Shown: positions 24,730 to 33,785 of the stretch, piece after piece | How the letters are laid out: each line of letters opens with the position of its first letter | Numbering within the stretch: the first letter of the stretch is position 1 | Virus record (IMG/VR): IMGVR_UViG_3300017747_004372 | Span: 1 to 36,607 of that record | Direction: 5' to 3' (one strand) | Origin: a virus | Lineage: Duplodnaviria; Caudoviricetes | DNA length: 36,607 nucleotides | Notes under the pieces: model-generated | Told to the model about the DNA's origin: nothing | The model's database searches: none | Seen by the model: the letters and a program-made list of their open reading frames with translations, nothing else | Position numbers and translations under genes: made by a program

Positions 24730-25589
24730 GCCCCCGCGAAGACTACATGGAGTGGGCCCGTCAACAGCTCCCCGACACCCCCGCGGAGGCCCTCGGGGCG
24801 AGGCTCGCGCAGGAGGCCGTGAACCCTCCGCAGCAGCCGCCGCTCATGACCGCGATGGGCGCTCTCGATGACCTTGCGGCGCGGTCCACGGCCAACCCGC
24901 GGACCTTCGAGCCCGGGGGCTACAGCACGCCATCGAGCTTCGAGCTGGAACGGGCGAAGGTGATGCACGTGCTGGCCGCGGAACGCCTCGCCCTGGCGGA
25001 CAAGTACGCCATGACGCGCAAGGAAGTGCAGCGCACGCGCACCGAATCGAAGAGCGATTATGACCCGATGAAGCGCCTCGGGCTCATGGCCTCGACAGCC
25101 GGCGCCGCGGACACGACGGAACTGGAGGACGTGAAGACCCGGCGCGCAGCCGAGGAGCGCAAGGCCGAGAAGTTCGGCGCCCTCGCGTTCAACTACGTCA
25201 GCCCCGACGGCAAGAGAGAGGAGCTGTGGGCGGCGCGCCCAGGGACACCCGAGAAGGACGTCCAGACGCTGAAGGAAAACGCGGGTAGCCTTGCGATGGT
25301 CGACAAGCTCCTGAAGGAGATCGCGGACACCCGCAGCCTGGCCGACAAGGGGCGCTCCAACGCAATCCTCACCGCCAATACGAAGGCCATCGCCGGCATC
25401 CTCGGCGGGTCGCTCTTCAACTCCGGCGTGGTGAACAGCGACGAGCTGAAGGCCATGGAGGACATCGTGAAGCAGCAGGGCTTCATCGGGCCCGATGGGC
25501 TCCAGGCGTTCCGGCAGCTCCGCGGCACGATGCGGCTTCGGTACGAGAACCAGCTCCGGCAGGCCGGCGCCACGAAGGTTGCGCGCTGA
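24726..25589 (+). CDS. Putative internal virion/ejection protein 3
   Basis: AAGGA SD and ATGA overlap; MSPREDYMEW... Confidence 0.6.
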   Translation: MSPREDYMEWARQQLPDTPAEALGARLAQEAVNPPQQPPLMTAMGALDDLAARSTANPRTFEPGGYSTPSSFELERAKVMHVLAAERLALADKYAMTRKEVQRTRTESKSDYDPMKRLGLMASTAGAADTTELEDVKTRRAAEERKAEKFGALAFNYVSPDGKREELWAARPGTPEKDVQTLKENAGSLAMVDKLLKEIADTRSLADKGRSNAILTANTKAIAGILGGSLFNSGVVNSDELKAMEDIVKQQGFIGPDGLQAFRQLRGTMRLRYENQLRQAGATKVAR

Positions 25590-27991
25590 TGGCCGAGTCC
25601 CCCGAGGTCTACGTCACCGGGCCCGATGGCCAGGAGTACCGCACCGGCGGGGACACGCTCCGGGACTACCTCGCCAACGGGTACACGGTCTCGAAGAACC
25701 AGCCCAACTTCAGGGGCGTCCCGGTGCGTCTCCCCGACGGGAGCGCGGCCGAGCTGGACCCCCAGCGAGCCGAGGAGGCGATCCGCAGCGGGGGCGCCGA
25801 CGTCATCGACCGCGGCACCCTCCTGGCGGACCAGGAGCGGCAGGTCTTCGGGGGCGGCGCGGGGCAGACGGCGGCGGCAGCCGCAGGGCTCGCGCGCGGG
25901 GCCACGCTGGGGCTTTCCGACGTCGTGGCCGGCGCCATCGACCCCACGCTACCCGCGGGGCTCCGGCAGCTCCAGGAGGCCAACCCCGCGACGAGCACGG
26001 CCACCGAGATGGGCGGCAACATCGCCTCCCTCCTGGCGACCGGCGGCGGCGCGGGCCTCGGGAGCCTGGCGACCCGTGGCGCGGTGAAGCTCGGCGCCGT
26101 CGAGGGCGGGCTGGCCGCTCGCGCCCTGGCCGGCGCTGCCGTCGGGGCTGCGGAGATGGGCGCCATCGAGGCGGGGCGCGAGCTGTCGCAGGCCACGCTG
26201 CAAGAGCGCGAGACCTCCGCGGCGCGGGTGGCGGAAGCGTTCGGACACGGCGCCTTGCTCGGCGGGGCGTTCGGTGGAGCTCTCCCGCTCGCGGGAGCGG
26301 CCTTCGGTGGCGTGACGGAGCGCCTCGGCGTCAAGGTGGCGGAGGGCGAGAGCTTCGTTCAAGCCGTCGCCCGGCAGCTCGAAGACGAGTTCGCGGCCAA
26401 GTCCGTCGGGGCGATGAAGAAGCAGTTCCGGGAGTTCACCGGGGAGAGCTTCGCCCGCACCGGCGCCAAGGATCGCGCCGTCGAGATGGCGCAGGAGATG
26501 GCGCTCCAGCCGCTAGAGCGCAAGGTCGCCATGAACGCCGCGGCCATGCGCGAGGCTGGTGAGCGCATCACTGCGGCGGCGGACACCCTCTCCGCTGCGG
26601 GGGTCCGGGCTGAAGTGGCGCCGGTGGTGGAGGGCATCACGGCCAAGGCCGCGTCTTTCGCAGAGCGTAGCGGGCCCCAGTTCAAGGCCGCAGCCCGCGA
26701 GGCGGAGACGTGGGTGGCGGACCTCCGCGCCAACGCTGGCGACGGAGACGTGAAGAAGCTCTTGCAGTTCAAGCGAGACCTCGGAGGGAGCACCGCCTGG
26801 GATCCCCGCCTCGACGCCTTCAAGACGCCCGCGGAGGCCCTCAAGCGCGACCTGTACCACCAGGTCGATGACCTGATCGTCAGGACGGGCGAGAGCACCG
26901 GCGACGACGCCTTCCGGGACGCATGGCGCGCGGCCAACCGTGACTCTCAGGCGGCTCGCTGGATCAAGGGCTCCCTCGACGAAAAGCTTGCGGGGCAGGC
27001 CAACCGCGCCATGGGCCTCTCGGAGCAGATCGGCGGGGCTGCGGGCTTCGTCGTCGGCGGTGGCCTCAACCCGGTCGGGCTCCTCACGGCTGCCGCTGGC
27101 GCCGGTGTGCAGCGGCTCATCAAGAGCTACGGCGCCGACGTGGGCACCCTCGCCGCCAGGGCCTTCAGGACGGGCGACACGAAGGTGATCTCCTCCATCG
27201 TCGACAGCTCCATCGCACAGGGCGTGGGCAAGATGCTCTCCGGCACCGCGAAGGCGACGAGCCGCCTCGCTCCCATCGTCGCCGCGGACGCTGCCACCCG
27301 CACCGCGCTTCTCGGCCGGAGCCTCGCCCCCGTGGGCCCTCGCGCGGTGGACCGCAGGGCGCCCCCGGGCGGGGCCTCGCCGCAGCAGACGGCGAAGATC
27401 CGCGCCACCATCGAGCAGAGCGCGGAGCAGCAGCGCCAGGCCATCGGGGCGGCCATGGCGGCGGCGCCTCCCGAGGTCGCGGCGACGCTCCGGGGGCAGC
27501 TCGGCGCCAGCGAGCGGGCAACGACGTACCTCCTGAGCAAGATCCCCCTCAGCGGGAACCAGAAGAACACCCTCACGCCGCAGGCCGAGGCGCCCCGGCT
27601 CACCAAGGCCCAGCTCGACGAGCTGGTGACCGCGGCGCGCGTCGTGGCGGATCCCCTCAGCGTCCTGGAGTCGCTCGAGCGGGGCACCCTCCAGCGCACC
27701 GAGGTGGAGGCGCTCCGGGTGGCCGCCCCGGGGCTCTACCAGCAGATCCGCACCGAGGTGCAGACGCAGCTCTCGACGCGCGAAGAGCCCCTGCCCTACC
27801 GCCAGGCGCTCCAGCTCTCCCAGCTCCTGGGCGTGGTGGGGCACCCGTCGCTCTCCCCCGCGTCGATCCAGGCGATTCAGACGAGCTACGCGCCGCCCGC
27901 GCAGAGCGACCAGCCGGCGCCCCCTGTCAGCGCTCCGAAGCGCACGATTTCCACCACCAAAGACTGGTCTCTGACCAGCGAGGAGCCTTGA
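25589..27991 (+). CDS. Large putative ejection/DNA-transfer protein (800 aa)
   Basis: Gly/Ala-rich hydrophobic stretches (GLARGATLGLSD, GALLGGAFGG) typical of podovirus ejection proteins. Confidence 0.65.
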   Translation: MAESPEVYVTGPDGQEYRTGGDTLRDYLANGYTVSKNQPNFRGVPVRLPDGSAAELDPQRAEEAIRSGGADVIDRGTLLADQERQVFGGGAGQTAAAAAGLARGATLGLSDVVAGAIDPTLPAGLRQLQEANPATSTATEMGGNIASLLATGGGAGLGSLATRGAVKLGAVEGGLAARALAGAAVGAAEMGAIEAGRELSQATLQERETSAARVAEAFGHGALLGGAFGGALPLAGAAFGGVTERLGVKVAEGESFVQAVARQLEDEFAAKSVGAMKKQFREFTGESFARTGAKDRAVEMAQEMALQPLERKVAMNAAAMREAGERITAAADTLSAAGVRAEVAPVVEGITAKAASFAERSGPQFKAAAREAETWVADLRANAGDGDVKKLLQFKRDLGGSTAWDPRLDAFKTPAEALKRDLYHQVDDLIVRTGESTGDDAFRDAWRAANRDSQAARWIKGSLDEKLAGQANRAMGLSEQIGGAAGFVVGGGLNPVGLLTAAAGAGVQRLIKSYGADVGTLAARAFRTGDTKVISSIVDSSIAQGVGKMLSGTAKATSRLAPIVAADAATRTALLGRSLAPVGPRAVDRRAPPGGASPQQTAKIRATIEQSAEQQRQAIGAAMAAAPPEVAATLRGQLGASERATTYLLSKIPLSGNQKNTLTPQAEAPRLTKAQLDELVTAARVVADPLSVLESLERGTLQRTEVEALRVAAPGLYQQIRTEVQTQLSTREEPLPYRQALQLSQLLGVVGHPSLSPASIQAIQTSYAPPAQSDQPAPPVSAPKRTISTTKDWSLTSEEP

Positions 27992-28279
27992 ATGTCATTC
28001 CTAGCCAAACTCATCCCTGTCCTCCGTCAGAGCGCGTCCTCTGTCCTCCTGGCCGATGGCACCACGGGCTCTGCGCTCTCCGACGCCAAGAAGCTGATGG
28101 TGCCGGCGCACGGGCTCCATTTCCTCGCCGCAGGGCTGGTCACCGTCATCGACGAGGACGGCAACAGCTCGCAAATCCTGGGCGTGGCGGGCCAGGATTA
28201 CGGCGCGCAAATCGTGCAAATCATGGCCACGGGGACCGCGGTGGCCGCGGCTGACCTCGTGCTGCTCCGGGGGATCTGA
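27992..28279 (+). CDS. Spike-base-like protein (RcGTA Rcc01079-like)
   Basis: AHGLHFLAAGLVTVIDEDG...VAGQ...QIVQIMATGT...LVLL follows the family pattern as I recall it. Confidence 0.55.
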   Translation: MSFLAKLIPVLRQSASSVLLADGTTGSALSDAKKLMVPAHGLHFLAAGLVTVIDEDGNSSQILGVAGQDYGAQIVQIMATGTAVAAADLVLLRGI

Positions 28280-28425
28280 TGGCGCTCATCCCTGCCCCCG
28301 TCCCTGCTCCTCCGTTCCAGGCCCCCGCGGGCGGCGGCGGTCCTCCGCCCCCTGCCGATGGGCTCCTGCTGGAGAGCGGCGACAACCTCCTTCTTGAGTC
28401 CGGTGACCGAATCCTTCTGGAGTGA
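28279..28425 (+). CDS. 48-aa virion peptide with LLLESGD repeats (absent from the ORF track)
   Basis: TGATG overlap; MALIPAPVPAPPFQAPAGGGGPPPPADGLLLESGDNLLLESGDRILLE. Confidence 0.65.
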   Translation: MALIPAPVPAPPFQAPAGGGGPPPPADGLLLESGDNLLLESGDRILLE

Positions 28426-28431
28426 TCGACC

Positions 28432-29520
28432 ATGGCTGACACGAAAATCTCTGCACTTTCCGCAGGCACACAGCCTGCGGGCACCGAGGAGATCCCCGCC
28501 GTCCAAGGGGGCGCTACCGTCAAGCTCACGGTGACGCAGGTGCGCCCCCGGGTGAACCGCACCGGCGCCGCGCCGACCGTCTCCGACGACTCCGCCGCGG
28601 GCTACACCGTGGGCTCCGTCTGGGTCGATACGCGGGTGGGCTACGGCTACACCTATGACCTGATCGACGCCACCGCGGGCGCCGCTGTCTGGAAGGTCCG
28701 CCCCATCGCGTTCGTCTACACGACCCCGGGCGCCGCTACCTGGAATGAGCCCGTGGGCACATTCTCCGGCGTGCTCGTCGAGATGGTGGCGGGCGGCGGC
28801 GGCGGAGGCAGCGGACGCCAGGGCGCAGCGGCTACGGTCCGCTGTGGCGGTGGCGGTGGCGCGGGCGGTGGCAGAGCCGGGCCCTTTTTCATCGCGGCGG
28901 CGGCGCTGGGGGTCACCGAGACCGTGACGGTGGGCTCCGGTGGTCCTGGCGGTGCGGCGGCAGGGACCGCCGACACCAGCGGCAACGGCGGGACCGCGGG
29001 CGCCAACAGCTCCTTCGGCAGCCACATCCGCGCGCTCGGCGGGGGGCTGGGCTCCGGAGGCACCGCCACGACCGGCACCGGCGGGAGCAGCGGCACTGGC
29101 GAGCAGGCGGGCAGCAACGGCGGCACGGCCTCGACCACCGGCCTCGTCGGCGTCGCAGGGACCGCGTCGGTGGGCGGTGGTGCCGGTGGTGGCAGCGGCG
29201 GCGGCATCACCTCGGCCAACGCGACCAGCGGCGGCGGAGCTGGCGGCGGTCGCTGGACCGTCTGGGGTGGCGCCGCGGGCGGCACCGCGGGCGCTGTGGC
29301 CGGCGCTGGCGGTCCTGGACCTGCGGCCCCCACCGGGAGCAGCCAGGGCGGCGGTGGTGGCGGCGGTGGTGGCTCGGGCTCGGGTGTCGCGGGCGGCGCG
29401 GGCGCTGCGGGCGGCGTCTACGGCGCGGGTGGCGGCGGTGGCGGCGCCAGCCTCAACGGCTTTGCTTCAGGTGCGGGCGGGGCTGGTTCCGCAGGCATCG
29501 TGATCGTGAACGTGTTCTGA
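28432..29520 (+). CDS. Glycine-rich fibre protein
   Basis: MADTKISAL start, APTVSDDSAAGYTVGSVW motif, Gly-rich domain ending GAGSAGIVIV. Confidence 0.8.
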   Translation: MADTKISALSAGTQPAGTEEIPAVQGGATVKLTVTQVRPRVNRTGAAPTVSDDSAAGYTVGSVWVDTRVGYGYTYDLIDATAGAAVWKVRPIAFVYTTPGAATWNEPVGTFSGVLVEMVAGGGGGGSGRQGAAATVRCGGGGGAGGGRAGPFFIAAAALGVTETVTVGSGGPGGAAAGTADTSGNGGTAGANSSFGSHIRALGGGLGSGGTATTGTGGSSGTGEQAGSNGGTASTTGLVGVAGTASVGGGAGGGSGGGITSANATSGGGAGGGRWTVWGGAAGGTAGAVAGAGGPGPAAPTGSSQGGGGGGGGGSGSGVAGGAGAAGGVYGAGGGGGGASLNGFASGAGGAGSAGIVIVNVF

Positions 29521-29532
29521 AAGAAGGTCAGC

Positions 29533-29817
29533 ATGGCGAACATCGGTGACATTGGGCTTTTTGGCATCGCCAGCGGCGAGAATCGTCCCTGCGTGGTGGT
29601 GAGCGGCGCGAAGGATATCGAGGGCATCGTCTATTACGACATCAACGTCGACGTGGGCCCGGACGATAACGATTACCTGAACGATATCGAGAAGAAGGAA
29701 TACCAGCCCGGCCAGCCCATCGGGGACAACAACTACCAGCACGCGGTGCGGGTGATCGCGCGGCGCGCTCGCAAGAGCACCAGCCCTCCCGAGGTCGGTC
29801 GGTTCTGGATCCCGTGA
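29533..29817 (+). CDS. Small hypothetical protein, lower GC
   Basis: AAGG SD; MANIGDIGLF...RPCVVV...GRFWIP. Confidence 0.7.
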   Translation: MANIGDIGLFGIASGENRPCVVVSGAKDIEGIVYYDINVDVGPDDNDYLNDIEKKEYQPGQPIGDNNYQHAVRVIARRARKSTSPPEVGRFWIP

Positions 29818-30209
29818 TGGCGACCCTCCGCAGCGTTCCGCCACCGCCCGATCTCCGGGAGCGTCTCGACTCCGCTGAGAACGCGGTGGCGGATGCGCTT
29901 GTGGAGATGCAGGAATCGAACGCCAAGCTCGAAGACAAGATCGCCGCGCTCACCGCGGAAAACGCCCAGCTTCGCGCTGACCACGACCGGGAAATGGCTC
30001 GCGCGTGGAAAGCGTGGGGCTGGCAAACGACGCTGCTGGCGCTCGCCGCCATCGCAGCAAATATCATCGCGGCAAACGTATGGAGGCTCGATAAACGTGA
30101 CCGATATTCAACTCCTCATCACGTGGGCGCAGGCCCATCCGCTCCAGGCGTGCGGCGCGGTGCTGGCGCTGGCGCTGATGGCGCTGGCCCAGGTGAGGCT
30201 CACCCGTGA
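29817..30209 (+). CDS. Coiled-coil protein with a C-terminal TM segment (lysis-associated?)
   Basis: TGATG coupling; coiled coil, then WGWQTTLLALAAIAANIIAA. Overlaps the next gene by 113 nt. Confidence 0.55.
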   Translation: MATLRSVPPPPDLRERLDSAENAVADALVEMQESNAKLEDKIAALTAENAQLRADHDREMARAWKAWGWQTTLLALAAIAANIIAANVWRLDKRDRYSTPHHVGAGPSAPGVRRGAGAGADGAGPGEAHP

Positions 30210-30399
30210 CCAGGCGCTGCGGTGGCCTCGCCTCGCGGCGCTGATCGTCGTGGCCCACAAGGTCGCGCCGGTGCTCCGCGGGCTGCTGAAGCCGCTCGCG
30301 GGCGTTGGCTCTGCAAAGGTCGCCCTGGAGGTGGTCGACCTGATTTTCCCCTCGACGCCTAGCAGCAACCCTCCCCCTCCGTCCAAAGAGGCACCATGA
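30097..30399 (+). CDS. Holin-like membrane protein
   Basis: GGAGG SD and GTG at 30097; hydrophobic segments; located in the lysis region. Confidence 0.5.
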   Translation: MTDIQLLITWAQAHPLQACGAVLALALMALAQVRLTRDQALRWPRLAALIVVAHKVAPVLRGLLKPLAGVGSAKVALEVVDLIFPSTPSSNPPPPSKEAP

Positions 30400-30740
30400 A
30401 GCACCTCGATCTCGCCGTGTGGTTTTTTATCGGTCTGTCTTGGTGGTCGTGCAAGCCGTTGCCCTCTGCCTCGCCGGAGCCGAACCCCGACCCGGCGGCG
30501 AAGCTCGCTGAGGTGATCGAGCGCGTAGAGCGCATCGCCCCGGTGGCGCTGGCCGCGTGTAGCCTCGCCGCGGAGGACAAGAGGCCCGCGTGCGAGGAGG
30601 CGGCCCATGTCCTCGCCGCTGCGGCTGCGGAGGGGCGGGCGGTGATGCACACCCTCGACCGCTGCCGCGAGGAGCAGGACGAGGAGTGCGTGGCCCTGGC
30701 CATCGAGCGGGCGGCCGAGCTGGTACGGGTGCTTCGGTGA
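30396..30740 (+). CDS. Predicted lipoprotein (spanin-like?)
   Basis: Signal MKHLDLAVWFFIGLSWWS-C with a lipobox-like Cys, then a helical body with four more Cys. Confidence 0.55.
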   Translation: MKHLDLAVWFFIGLSWWSCKPLPSASPEPNPDPAAKLAEVIERVERIAPVALAACSLAAEDKRPACEEAAHVLAAAAAEGRAVMHTLDRCREEQDEECVALAIERAAELVRVLR

Positions 30741-30826
30741 GCCGGGACCGCGCCACGGCCATCGCGCTGTGCCTCGCCGGGCTGGCCCTGGCGGCGCTGG
30801 TGCTGCGGGTCTGGAGGCTCCTGTGA
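30737..30826 (+). CDS. 29-aa single-TM peptide
   Basis: GTGA overlaps at both ends; VSRDRATAIALCLAGLALAALVLRVWRLL. Confidence 0.55.
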   Translation: MSRDRATAIALCLAGLALAALVLRVWRLL

Positions 30827-31467
30827 GCGCGGACAGCATCGGCCTCGCGGCTCACCGGCTCGTCGGGCTGTCCTGGGGCGACGAGGCGACCCGGCGCGAC
30901 TACTCGCGGATACTCGCCCCCTGGGATAGCGAAGAGCGCGCGGTCCTGATGGCGAGCGAGCAATCGAGCTGCGCGCTGGTCGTGGCGGCGGTCCTGCTCA
31001 TCGCAGAGGTCGACGGGATGGTGAGGGGCTGGCGCGGCAAGGTGGCCTGCGATCCCCTACGCGAGCCACGCTGGCAGAGGTACGATAGCGTCGCGTACCT
31101 GGAGCAGCTCGCGCGCCAGCGCGGCGTCTACAAGGGCGCCGGGAAGGAGAAGCCCGACCTCCGCCCCGGTACCTGGTGGACGGTCGGGAGCGGCAAGGGG
31201 GACGAGCACGTCGAGGTGGTCGTGGAGGTCGATGGCGAGGACATCGTGTGCGTCGGGGGCGGCAAGCTGGACCCGCGCAACCCCAGGCCGGGGGCGAAGG
31301 GATGCACCCGCATCGCCCTCGGGAGGCACCGGCTCACCCAGGCGCACGGGCGGTGGGTGCTCGCGGGGCGCCCGCTGCTCTACACGGCGGACGCCACGGA
31401 GCTACCCTGCCTCCAGGTGGGCGAGCGCAAGGGGATGCCCTGGGCGGCCATCGGGGTGAAGCCGTGA
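30823..31467 (+). CDS. Putative CHAP/NlpC-P60-like cysteine peptidase
   Basis: SSCALVV (catalytic Cys candidate), PDLRPG, EHVEVVVEV (His candidate), IVCVGGG. Confidence 0.5.
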   Translation: MSADSIGLAAHRLVGLSWGDEATRRDYSRILAPWDSEERAVLMASEQSSCALVVAAVLLIAEVDGMVRGWRGKVACDPLREPRWQRYDSVAYLEQLARQRGVYKGAGKEKPDLRPGTWWTVGSGKGDEHVEVVVEVDGEDIVCVGGGKLDPRNPRPGAKGCTRIALGRHRLTQAHGRWVLAGRPLLYTADATELPCLQVGERKGMPWAAIGVKP

Positions 31468-32219
31468 GCCGCGCCGTCCTCGCCCCGGAGGTGCTCGATC
31501 ACTGGATCCGCCACACGGAGCGGTACGAGGGCAGGATCCCGTGGATGTACCTCGACATCCGGGGCCTCGTCACCATCGGCGCCGGCGTGCTCGTGGACCC
31601 CGTGGAGCTCGCCATGCGGCTCCCCCTCCAGCTCGACGGACGCCAGGCCTCCCCGAGTGAGATCGCCGCCGAGTGGCGCGCGCTGAAGGCCCGTCCCTCG
31701 CTCGCCCAGCAGGGCGCCGCCGCTGCGGGCAGGGTGGCCCGGCTGCGCCTCACCGGAGCCGACCTCGACGCCCTCACGTGGGCGCGGCTGGACTCGACGG
31801 TGAGGGCGCTGGTGAGGCGGTGGCCTGGCCTCCCCGGGTGGCCCTGGCAGGCGCAGCTTGCCGTCTGCTCCTGGGCCTGGGCGGTGGGCGCGGCGGCGCA
31901 GGGATGGCCTCGATTCGAGGCGGCCTTGCACGCCCAGGACTGGACCACCGCGGCCGAGCAGTGCCGGATCCGCGACGAGGACAACCCGGGGGTCACCCCG
32001 CGCAACGCGGAGAATCGACGGCTCTTCCTGGAGGCCGCCGCGGGGGCCACGACGGTGCCGCCCCCGGAGGATCGCCCGTCGAGTCCCCCGGTCGTGATCG
32101 TGGACGATGAGGCGCCGGCGACCGACCGGCTCCCTGTGGGCGAGGTCGCGGCGCTGGTGGCAGAGACCGGGGACCAGCTCGCCCGGGAGCTGCTCGCCGA
32201 GGGGTACCGGCGGCGCTGA
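31464..32219 (+). CDS. Endolysin, T4-like/GH24 lysozyme fold
   Basis: YEGRIPWMYLDIRGLVTIGAG (E-X8-D-X5-T triad), WPRFEAAL...DW..AA, RNAENRRLF. Confidence 0.85.
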   Translation: MSRAVLAPEVLDHWIRHTERYEGRIPWMYLDIRGLVTIGAGVLVDPVELAMRLPLQLDGRQASPSEIAAEWRALKARPSLAQQGAAAAGRVARLRLTGADLDALTWARLDSTVRALVRRWPGLPGWPWQAQLAVCSWAWAVGAAAQGWPRFEAALHAQDWTTAAEQCRIRDEDNPGVTPRNAENRRLFLEAAAGATTVPPPEDRPSSPPVVIVDDEAPATDRLPVGEVAALVAETGDQLARELLAEGYRRR

Positions 32220-32235
32220 GACTCGACGGGACCGC

Positions 32236-32468
32236 GGTCCCGATCCCGGTCCCGATAGGGCCCCCGGGGGCACATCCTGGCGTGACGTACCCCGCGGTTT
32301 AGCGGCCTTTCCGTACCTGTGGAGGATTTAGGTTCCGACGCCTCACGGCGTGTGGGTTCAAGTCCCTCCTTGCGCACAAGTCCTGAATATTACAGGGAAA
32401 TCCCCTCCCCTCCCGGGCCCTCGACAGGGGGGCCCTCCGGGGGTTCCGGTCCCGATTCCGGTCCCGAT
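32236..32468. mobile_element. attP region: tRNA core flanked by arm-type repeats
   Basis: GGTCCCGAT at 32236, 32248, 32448 and 32460 (two 12-bp-period pairs) around the tRNA fragment. Confidence 0.85.
32324..32377 (+). tRNA. 3' half of tRNA-Leu(TAG) forming the attP common core (not a complete gene)
   Basis: GGA-TTTAGGT-TCC anticodon arm, long variable arm CGCC-TCAC-GGCG, T-arm GGGTTCAAGTCCC, acceptor strand CTTGCGC-A; no 5' half or D-arm upstream. Confidence 0.88.
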
Positions 32469-33578
32469 AGCCTTCCCCCCGCAGGCGCCGTCGAGGGCAG
32501 GGCACCGGGCTGGCGGGTCCAGCGCCAGGAGCGCGGCGCGGGCCCCTTCCGCCTGCGGGTGGAGGTAGTGATCGGTGGTGCCGGCGCTCCGGTGCCCGGC
32601 CAGGAGCTGGAGCCCTCCCCTCGTGGCCCCCGCATCGCTGAGGTGGGTGAGGCGCGCATGCCGAAGGTCGTAGGGACAGACCCGCGAGGCCCGGTCCGCG
32701 TCGAGGCCGCTCGCCTTCCCTGCGATCCTGAAGAGCTTGTCCATCCGGTACCGCCCCCAGAGCGGGCCCTCCCCGAGCGGGGCGTGCTCTTCGAGCAGCT
32801 CCACAGCGCGGCGGCTCAGCGGCACCGCCCGGCCCATCTGAGCCTTGTCTTGGTCGTCGCCGATCACCAGCTCGCGGCGTCCTCGATCCCAGGCCCGGGG
32901 GCGGACCAGCCGGGCGACGGTCGCGGGGCGCAGGCCCGTCTCGTACAGGAACTCGGCGTAGGCTCGCACGGGGTACAGGCTCCCCCCGCGCACCGGGCGA
33001 GGGCTCCAGGGGGGCAGCGCCGCCAGCAGCCGGGCGACCTCCTCGGGGCTCAGGGGCACCGGGCGGCGGTCTCGCTGGCGGGTGCCGGCGGCACGGGCGG
33101 GGAGGGAGAGCGCGGGCACCTCGGCGAGCAGCTCCTGGTCAAGGCACCAGCGGAGGAAGCCCGACAGCGCGGACTTTTCTTTCCGCGCGGTCTTGCGGCT
33201 CACCTCCCCCAGGCGATCCCGGAGGTAGGCACGGAGCGCCGAGGAGGTCAGGTCCGCGAGGCGCTCCCACCGCGCGAGCCAGCGCCGGGCGTAGCCGAGG
33301 TACGTCGCGCGGGTCTTCGGGTCGAGCCCCCCGGGGCCTTCGAGGCTGGCGAGCCAGGATGCACACAGCTCCGGGAGCGGAGCGGCGACGGTGGCTACGC
33401 TGCGCGGGTGCCGGCGCCCTTCGACGACCTCGGCGTACACCCTCGGGGCGGCGCGCTCAGCTTCGCCAGGATCGCCCGTGCGGAGGGAGACCTTGTGACG
33501 GTGCCCCTCGTGGCGGAACCTGACGAAGAAGACGCCGTCTTGCTGGACGATTTGGAATCCTCGCGGCTTTCGAGCCAT
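32358..33578 (-). CDS. int: Tyrosine integrase
   Basis: Arm-binding N-terminus (FFVRFRHEGHRHKVSLRTGD); catalytic motifs ETGLR, YDLRH, LAGH, TTDHY. Confidence 0.95.
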   Translation of the reverse strand: MARKPRGFQIVQQDGVFFVRFRHEGHRHKVSLRTGDPGEAERAAPRVYAEVVEGRRHPRSVATVAAPLPELCASWLASLEGPGGLDPKTRATYLGYARRWLARWERLADLTSSALRAYLRDRLGEVSRKTARKEKSALSGFLRWCLDQELLAEVPALSLPARAAGTRQRDRRPVPLSPEEVARLLAALPPWSPRPVRGGSLYPVRAYAEFLYETGLRPATVARLVRPRAWDRGRRELVIGDDQDKAQMGRAVPLSRRAVELLEEHAPLGEGPLWGRYRMDKLFRIAGKASGLDADRASRVCPYDLRHARLTHLSDAGATRGGLQLLAGHRSAGTTDHYLHPQAEGARAALLALDPPARCPALDGACGGKAIGTGIGTGTPGGPPCRGPGRGGDFPVIFRTCAQGGT

Positions 33579-33721
33579 TCGAGCAGCTTCTTTCGGTGGT
33601 AGAGCGGGCTCCCCGAGAGGCGCTCTGGTGGGAAGTGGGGGTCAATCTTCCGGAGCACGGTGCGCTCCGAGCAGTGGAGCAGGGCGGCAACCTGCTCGCG
33701 GGTGAGGTAGAGGGGCTCCAT
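33395..33721 (-). CDS. xis: Excisionase (HTH_17/Xis-like) with a Ser-rich tail overlapping int
   Basis: YLTREQVAALLHCSERTV...PLYHRKKLLEWL; directly upstream of int. Confidence 0.8.
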   Translation of the reverse strand: MEPLYLTREQVAALLHCSERTVLRKIDPHFPPERLSGSPLYHRKKLLEWLESREDSKSSSKTASSSSGSATRGTVTRSPSARAILAKLSAPPRGCTPRSSKGAGTRAA

Positions 33722-33785
33722 ACCGCCACAGCCCCCGGGCTCCGGTTCTCCGGGGCGACGGGGGCGCGGTGGACAGGGCGAGGGG

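Noticed and set aside
28432-29520. Diversity-generating retroelement or invertible fibre cassette
   Set aside because: I recognise no reverse transcriptase, TR/VR pair or invertase; the repeats are just Gly codons.
30097-30209. 113-nt gene overlap as further support for the TTA hypothesis
   Set aside because: The upstream frame has no TTA here. It is a counter-example showing that long overlaps also occur without TTA.
32281-32380. Complete phage-encoded tRNA gene
   Set aside because: The 5' acceptor strand and D-arm are missing, and similarity begins at the anticodon stem, as expected for an attP core.
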